Assembly: GCA_965644295.1 (NCBI GenBank)
Contig: CBFFRP010000302.1
Location: forward strand, 1 to 26,109
Length of the DNA: 26,109 bases
Reading direction: 5' to 3'
From: Paraphysomonas bandaiensis
Lineage: Eukaryota > Protista > Chrysophyceae
Shown piece after piece: positions 21,190 through 26,109 of the stretch. Under the pieces are notes generated by a model that was given only the letters and a program-made list of their open reading frames with translations, ran no database searches and was not told the DNA's origin. Within the stretch, counting starts at the first letter, position 1. Each line of letters begins with the position of its first letter. The position numbers were made by a program, and so were the translations under genes.

Positions 21190-21277
21190 CCCTCAACAAA
21201 GTCGGACTCGCACCTTTTCGTGGTGTTCTGGGGGATAAGTACCGGAGAGATTTTCTCTGGGAACCTAACGTGAGCCG
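21190..21277 (+). ncRNA. HDV-like (R2-type) self-cleaving ribozyme candidate
   Basis: P1 CCCUCAAC/GUUCUGGG (6/8); P2 CGG(A)CUCGC/GUGAGCCG; P3 ACC/GGU; L3 UUUUCGU; P1.1 GG; P4 CCGGAGAG/UUCUCUGG; J4/2 CUAAC. Deviates from canonical: C at +1, no CC in L3, extra J4/2 nucleotide. Confidence 0.45.
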
Positions 21278-21664
21278 CAAACATAGTCAGCAGATATTCT
21301 TCTGCCCACTCATAGCCGAATGCTTGTGTGGTACAAGGGGCACCAATAAGTGTCACTTGTGTAGACGTCGTTTTAGGCTCTGACGAATAAACAGGCATCC
21401 GGGACAGGGCCCACCTGAAGGGTAACCGGGGTATTGGGCTGCCTGCTGAAGTCAAGCATCCGGGATGTTCACCTTAAGAACTTAGAGCGGAAGTGGTCGC
21501 ACCTTGGTGCGTGCGGCGACGCACGAGCAGCTTCCGTACTGATAAAAAAGTGTGTACTGATTTTAGTTACAGGTAGAGGTCTAGCTAGTTTGCCTAGCAT
21601 TCATCTAGCTACTAAGTTGGTGCAGGTTTTTAACGCCTATTGCTAATAATAAGACTTTCAATAT
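21190..21664 (+). mobile_element. Internally deleted copy (~475 bp) of the retroposon-like family, abutting the degenerate tail of ankyrin gene B
   Basis: Inverted homology to 16376-16497 and 16826-17207. Lacks the ~330-bp middle. Same 5' start CCCTCAAC. No TSD found. Confidence 0.75.
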
Positions 21665-21675
21665 ATATTACATAT

Positions 21676-22068
21676 ATGAACAAACACACTTCAGAACATC
21701 CCACTGTCAACCCTACCCATGTCCGTGGAAGATTCGGTGAACGAAGCAACTTCAGAACATCCAAGTGTCCACCCTATGCAGCAGTATAAGTCTCTTCACC
21801 CATGGGCAAGGAAGGTCCTGTGAGCGAAGGCACATCATAATATCCACTATATGCAGCAACACGGTGAGTCCATTTATCTCATTGACAAGGAGGGCCCTGT
21901 GAACGAAGCCACTGCAGAATATTCCAGTGTATATCACATACAGAAAAATATCTAGTCTCTTCTTCCCATGGACAAGGAGGGTCCTGTGAACGAAGCCACT
22001 GCAGCATATGCACGTGCCCACCATCTGTTCATCCCATGGACAAGGGGGGTCCTATGAACGAAGCCACC
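21676..22068 (-). pseudogene. About 4-5 degenerate out-of-frame ankyrin-like repeat units downstream of gene B
   Basis: Recurrent GGGTCCTGTGAACGAAGCCAC-like scaffold with indels. They follow a 1-bp deletion in unit 15 of gene B. Confidence 0.8.
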
Positions 22069-23688
22069 TCAGAATATCCAAGTGTCATCCCTGGCAGCAA
22101 TACAACAATCCTCTTCTTCCCATGGAAAAGTAGGGTCCTGTGAACGAACCCACTTCAAAACATCCAAGTGACCATTCATGGCAGCATTACTACAATCCAG
22201 CATATCCCATGGACAAGGAGGGTCCTGTGAACGAAGCCACCTCAGAATATCCAAGTGCCCACCTGTAGCAGCAAGGAGACAAGTCTTTTCATCCCATGGA
22301 CAAGGAGGGTCCTGTGAACGAAGCCACCTCAGAACATCCAAGTGCCCACCATATGCAGCAAGATGACAAGTCTCTTTATCCCATGGACAAGGAGGGTCCT
22401 GCGAACGAAGCCGCCTCAGAATTTCCAAGTGTCCACCATATGCAGCAGCACAACAAGTCTCTTCAGCCCATGGACAAGGAGGGTCCTGCGAACGAAGCCA
22501 CCTCAGAACATCCAAGTGCCCACTATATATAGCAGCAGCGCAAGTTTCTTCCCATGGACAAGGAGGGTCCTGTGAACGAACCCACTGCAGAACATCCAAG
22601 TGCCCACCTGTAGCAGCAGCCCAGCAAGTCATTTCATCCCATTGACAAGGGGGGTCTTGTGAACGAAGCCACTGCAGAACATCCAAGTGCCCACCATATG
22701 CAGCAACACTGCAAGTCTCTTTATCCCATGGACAAGGAGGGTCCTGTGAACGAAGCCACTTTAGAACATCCAAGTGCCCACCATATGCAGCAACACGGCA
22801 AGTCTCTTTATCCCATGGACAAGGAGGGTCCTGTGAACGAAGCCACTTTAGAACATCCAAGTGCCCACCATATGCAGCAACCCTACAAGTCTCTTTACCC
22901 CATGGACAAAAGGGGTCTTGTGAGCGAAGCCACTTCAGAACATCCAATTGTCCACCTCTAGCAGCAGCACAGCAAGTCCCTTCACTCCATGGATAATAAG
23001 GGTCCTGTGAACGAACCCACCTCAGAATATCCAAGTGCCCACCTGTAGCAGCAAGACGACAAGTCTTTTCATCCCATGGACAAGGAGGGTCCTGTGAACG
23101 AAGCCACTGCAGAACATCCAAGTGTCCACTATATGCAGCAACACTGCAAGTCCATTTACCCCATGGACAAGGAGGGTCCTGTGAACGAAGCCACTGCAGA
23201 ACATCCAAGTGCCCACCATATGCAGCATCACGGCAAGTCTGGGAATTCCATGGACATGGAGGGTCCTGTGAACGAAGCCACTTTAGAATATCCAAGTGTC
23301 CACCTCTAGCAGCAGCACCGCAAGTCTTTTCATTCCACGGATATGTAGGGAACGATTGATATAGTGATTCCTGTGAGGTCGTATCATTGTGAAGGGGGGT
23401 ACGTTTGAGATGTATGAGCTGCTGTAGTCTGCCATCCAGTGCACAACTATATGATAGCAGACTATGTGGGCAGCCCATAGCCAGAGCCCATGAGACCATT
23501 GAGTTGGTCATACAGTAGTGAGATGCATGTGACTGTACTCTGCTCTTATCAGTGTATACTATATCGTGAAATCTCTTACAAGTTAATATCGCTGGAAGGA
23601 CAGCCGTGTGTGGGATCATCGAGATGATGACACGAAGAACATCATCATTAAGAGCAGATATATGCGACATATACGAACACTGATTCAT
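22069..23688 (-). CDS. F-box-like + 14 x 29-aa ankyrin-like repeat protein (paralog B), truncated by a frameshift in unit 15
   Basis: 539-aa intronless ORF. The N-terminus and 5' flank are near-identical to gene A. 87-bp period. GAT GAC ACT TGG replaces the expected GAT GGA CAC TTG, giving a premature TGA. Confidence 0.88.
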   Translation of the reverse strand: MNQCSYMSHISALNDDVLRVIISMIPHTAVLPAILTCKRFHDIVYTDKSRVQSHASHYCMTNSMVSWALAMGCPHSLLSYSCALDGRLQQLIHLKRTPLHNDTTSQESLYQSFPTYPWNEKTCGAAARGGHLDILKWLRSQDPPCPWNSQTCRDAAYGGHLDVLQWLRSQDPPCPWGKWTCSVAAYSGHLDVLQWLRSQDPPCPWDEKTCRLAATGGHLDILRWVRSQDPYYPWSEGTCCAAARGGQLDVLKWLRSQDPFCPWGKETCRVAAYGGHLDVLKWLRSQDPPCPWDKETCRVAAYGGHLDVLKWLRSQDPPCPWDKETCSVAAYGGHLDVLQWLRSQDPPCQWDEMTCWAAATGGHLDVLQWVRSQDPPCPWEETCAAAIYSGHLDVLRWLRSQDPPCPWAEETCCAAAYGGHLEILRRLRSQDPPCPWDKETCHLAAYGGHLDVLRWLRSQDPPCPWDEKTCLLAATGGHLDILRWLRSQDPPCPWDMLDCSNAAMNGHLDVLKWVRSQDPTFPWEEEDCCIAARDDTWIF

Positions 23689-24039
23689 GGTTTATATGAG
23701 GCTGATAGAGTGTTACAGCAGATGATAATGAGGTGAGTTTATATGACATACAGCCGTATATGCAGGCAGTTGTACTGTAAGGTGCAGGCAGGTACAACCA
23801 GACACCATGATGATGATGTCCCATTGAGGCCACCTTCTGGTAGTATACCGTATACTGTATACTGTGCTGTATACTGTAGATTCTGGTGTACTTTTACAAG
23901 TGTAGTGTGTGAAACTTCGGGTTTGGGGGCTTTAAAACCCCGTCATTGAACAAATGCTTTGACAGGAAAACTGTCACTTTTATAATGAAAAACATGGTTC
24001 GAAAAATACAACTTTATTGGGAAAGTTGCCACTTTTGTA

Positions 24040-24109
24040 CAGCACACTCGCGATATAACGCGATTAGGGTTCGCGAAAGGAATATAGGAATCGCGTTATA
24101 TCGCGACTG
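24040..24109. mobile_element. Tc1/mariner(pogo)-like mini-element or transposon end
   Basis: TA|CAG...CTG|TA boundaries. Perfect 18-bp inverted repeat TCGCGATATAACGCGATT (24048-24065) / AATCGCGTTATATCGCGA (24089-24106). The 19-mer ACTCGCGATATAACGCGAT recurs at 12482-12500. Confidence 0.6.
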
Positions 24110-24263
24110 TATGTATGTATGTATGTATGTATGTATGTATGTATGTATGTATGTATGTATGTATGTATGTATGTATGTATGTATGTATGTATGTATGTAT
24201 GTATGTATGTATGTATGTATGTATGTATGTATGTATGTATGTATGTATGTATGTATGTATGTA
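24108..24263. repeat. (TGTA)39 microsatellite
   Basis: 156 bp of uninterrupted TGTA units. Confidence 0.97.
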
Positions 24264-24320
24264 TTTTAACGGTTAGGCAGGTGAATCTGTTCATCGTATC
24301 ATCACTCCTGATTCTGTAAT

Positions 24321-25281
24321 ATGAGTCTTGATCACCTTAACCAATCAGGTGATAATTATGCAACTAAGCCTTCCTCTACTCCAGTATTAGGCAGTATGAA
24401 GGCACTGAGTCTATCTGATCTGAATAGCAGTGATTGGCAGATATCTCAGTCCTCTGTATATCATAAGGAAAACAATCATCTCAGAGATATGGAGATACGT
24501 AAACGAGAGGAACTAAAGAAGTATCATTCTGCTCTTGTTGAATCGTATCACAATTTGACTGTAAAGAATAAAATACAACATGAAGAACAAAAACAGTTAT
24601 ATGAGAAAAAACTCGCAGATTTAGAAACAAAACTGATGAGTGAACACACAGCCGCTATAGAGAAGATGAAAAATGATTATGAGTTACGTCTTACAGTCTC
24701 ACAAGCGAAATTAGAGGCAATAGAGCAGGATAACAAGCGGAAATACGAAAATAAACTGAAAGATATTTACACTTCTTTAGAGACGGCACGCAATTTGCAT
24801 TTAAAGAAACAAGCGGACAGCGAAAAGCGGTTAGCTGCAGCACATAAAGAGATATCGTTTTTGAAGGAGAAGCTGGCATCATCCACGACTTCACTACGTA
24901 GAGATTTGAAAGAACGCGATATGAGAGTTGAAGAGTTGGGCACTATGTTGAAGGAAGCAGAGATGAGGAGAGTTCGGGAAGGAGAAGGCCGAGCGGATGA
25001 ACAAGAAGTAGCAGCCCTTGTGATTCACATGTATCGTACAGGTAGGCGCCTTTCTACAGAAGATATGACGTATGCAGAGATCGAAGCCTTCGTTGGCGAG
25101 GACTATACACCTGAAGCTGCTGGAAGTTCCACAATACAGTCCGAATTCGTAGTATCTATGGCGAGCCTTGAGAGGGCCTACAGCACTAGTAAGGTAAGAC
25201 ATATAAGAATGAAATTTGCTTCGCAGATAACGTGTTGTTCAATAGCGGATCATGAAGTCTAGAAAGTCTTTGAAGGAGTAA
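24321..25281 (+). CDS. Coiled-coil protein of unknown function, ~302 aa, probably 2 exons (24321-25193, 25246-25281)
   Basis: E/K/L-rich heptad pattern. Probable 52-bp intron GTAAGA...AATAG (25194-25245) giving ...STSK|RIMKSRKSLKE*. The unspliced ORF ends at 25262. Confidence 0.8.
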
Positions 25282-26109
25282 TTTGCGTTTCGAACTTGCC
25301 AAATATGTAGGGTGCTTTGAGATATGTCTGGATCGAGATAAGAATTGTATATTGTTGTATAAATGTGTATTGTCAAAATATAAAGAATATATCGATTTAA
25401 TGTATAAAGTTGTTATTTTATATTGATACTAATATTGTTTGAAGCAATTAAGAACTCTAGAGTTACGTTGTGTAAATTTTCTGCATTATCAGCAACAAAC
25501 TTAATGCTAGTATTCAATTAACACTTTCTTTGTTTTACGTACGACTTATATGTACGTTCCAGTAAAAGAACAACAGCTCCTAATACCACAAATATAACGG
25601 AAAAGTGACAGTCATATTATCATATTACGTATCATATTATTTATCCTCCATCAACACTATGATACAAGGCCTGGTAACTATTAATGTAGTCCAGTTCCAG
25701 GCATTTATAATGGCGTTAAATAACAATTATGATTGTAAATTTAATATTTTTATACAGAAAGAAAAAATATAATTGATTACAGATTAAGAATGTCAGTTTG
25801 CTTGCTCAGAAAACAACCATAAAGCTTTGTATGTGATGGCTTTATCAAGTGATGTTTCGTTGTTGGAGGAATCTGACGTGCTATAAGATATATTTAAGAA
25901 TATAAGAATTACATGTATTATGTATACATGTATACTATATAAACATTTCCGCTTGAAGATTGACAATGTATAAAATTCATAACTCCTTCGAATTATTATT
26001 TCTAACACATAATCAGAACTAATATGAATCTATATGCATATCACGTCAACGAATTGCTTCAACGACACTATTTGTTGTTTTCGTTGTCAGGATTTTTTGG
26101 GCACTCTAT

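Noticed and set aside
21378-21540. Hammerhead core (CTGACGA), group II intron domain V or Helitron 3' hairpin in the element head
   Set aside because: There is no stem II plus GAAA after CUGANGA, no AGC-triad stem for domain V, and no CTRR terminus after the hairpin.
16378-21664. Composite or Pack-type transposon with long TIRs carrying the HNH and Ser-rich genes
   Set aside because: The left copy has its own flanking direct repeat, a third copy exists independently, and I found no TSD outside the pair. Independent insertions are more parsimonious.
23946-24319. MYVC/IHTY repeat ORFs
   Set aside because: Translations of the (TGTA)n microsatellite.
25793-26109. Possible spliced 3' end of a minus-strand gene at the window edge
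   Set aside because: Acceptor-like sites exist, but no consistent exon chain or domain could be established.

Overview
Gene-dense eukaryotic (protist/algal-type) genomic DNA with short GT-AG introns (45-55 bp). The lineage cannot be fixed from sequence alone. Host genes: an 802-aa ankyrin protein, a ubiquitin-like + bacterial-Ig-like fusion, a Kelch+MORN protein, a predicted membrane protein ending in a polymorphic-toxin-type HNH nuclease domain, a low-complexity Ser-rich protein and a coiled-coil protein. Two features stand out. (1) A family of F-box + 29-aa (87-bp) ankyrin-like repeat genes: two full genes plus three orphan or degenerate cassette clusters. The repeats have an invariant scaffold and hypervariable residues at the predicted binding face. 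(2) A three-copy non-coding retroposon-like family with target-site duplications, whose 5' end folds like an HDV/R2-type ribozyme. Also present: two Copia LTR-retrotransposon remnants, a 1.8-kb non-autonomous TIR DNA transposon with a TAA TSD, a pogo-like mini-element adjoining a (TGTA)39 microsatellite, a 411-bp tandem duplication and telomere-like CCCTAAA repeats inside an LTR remnant. All calls come from reading motifs by eye; no searches were run.
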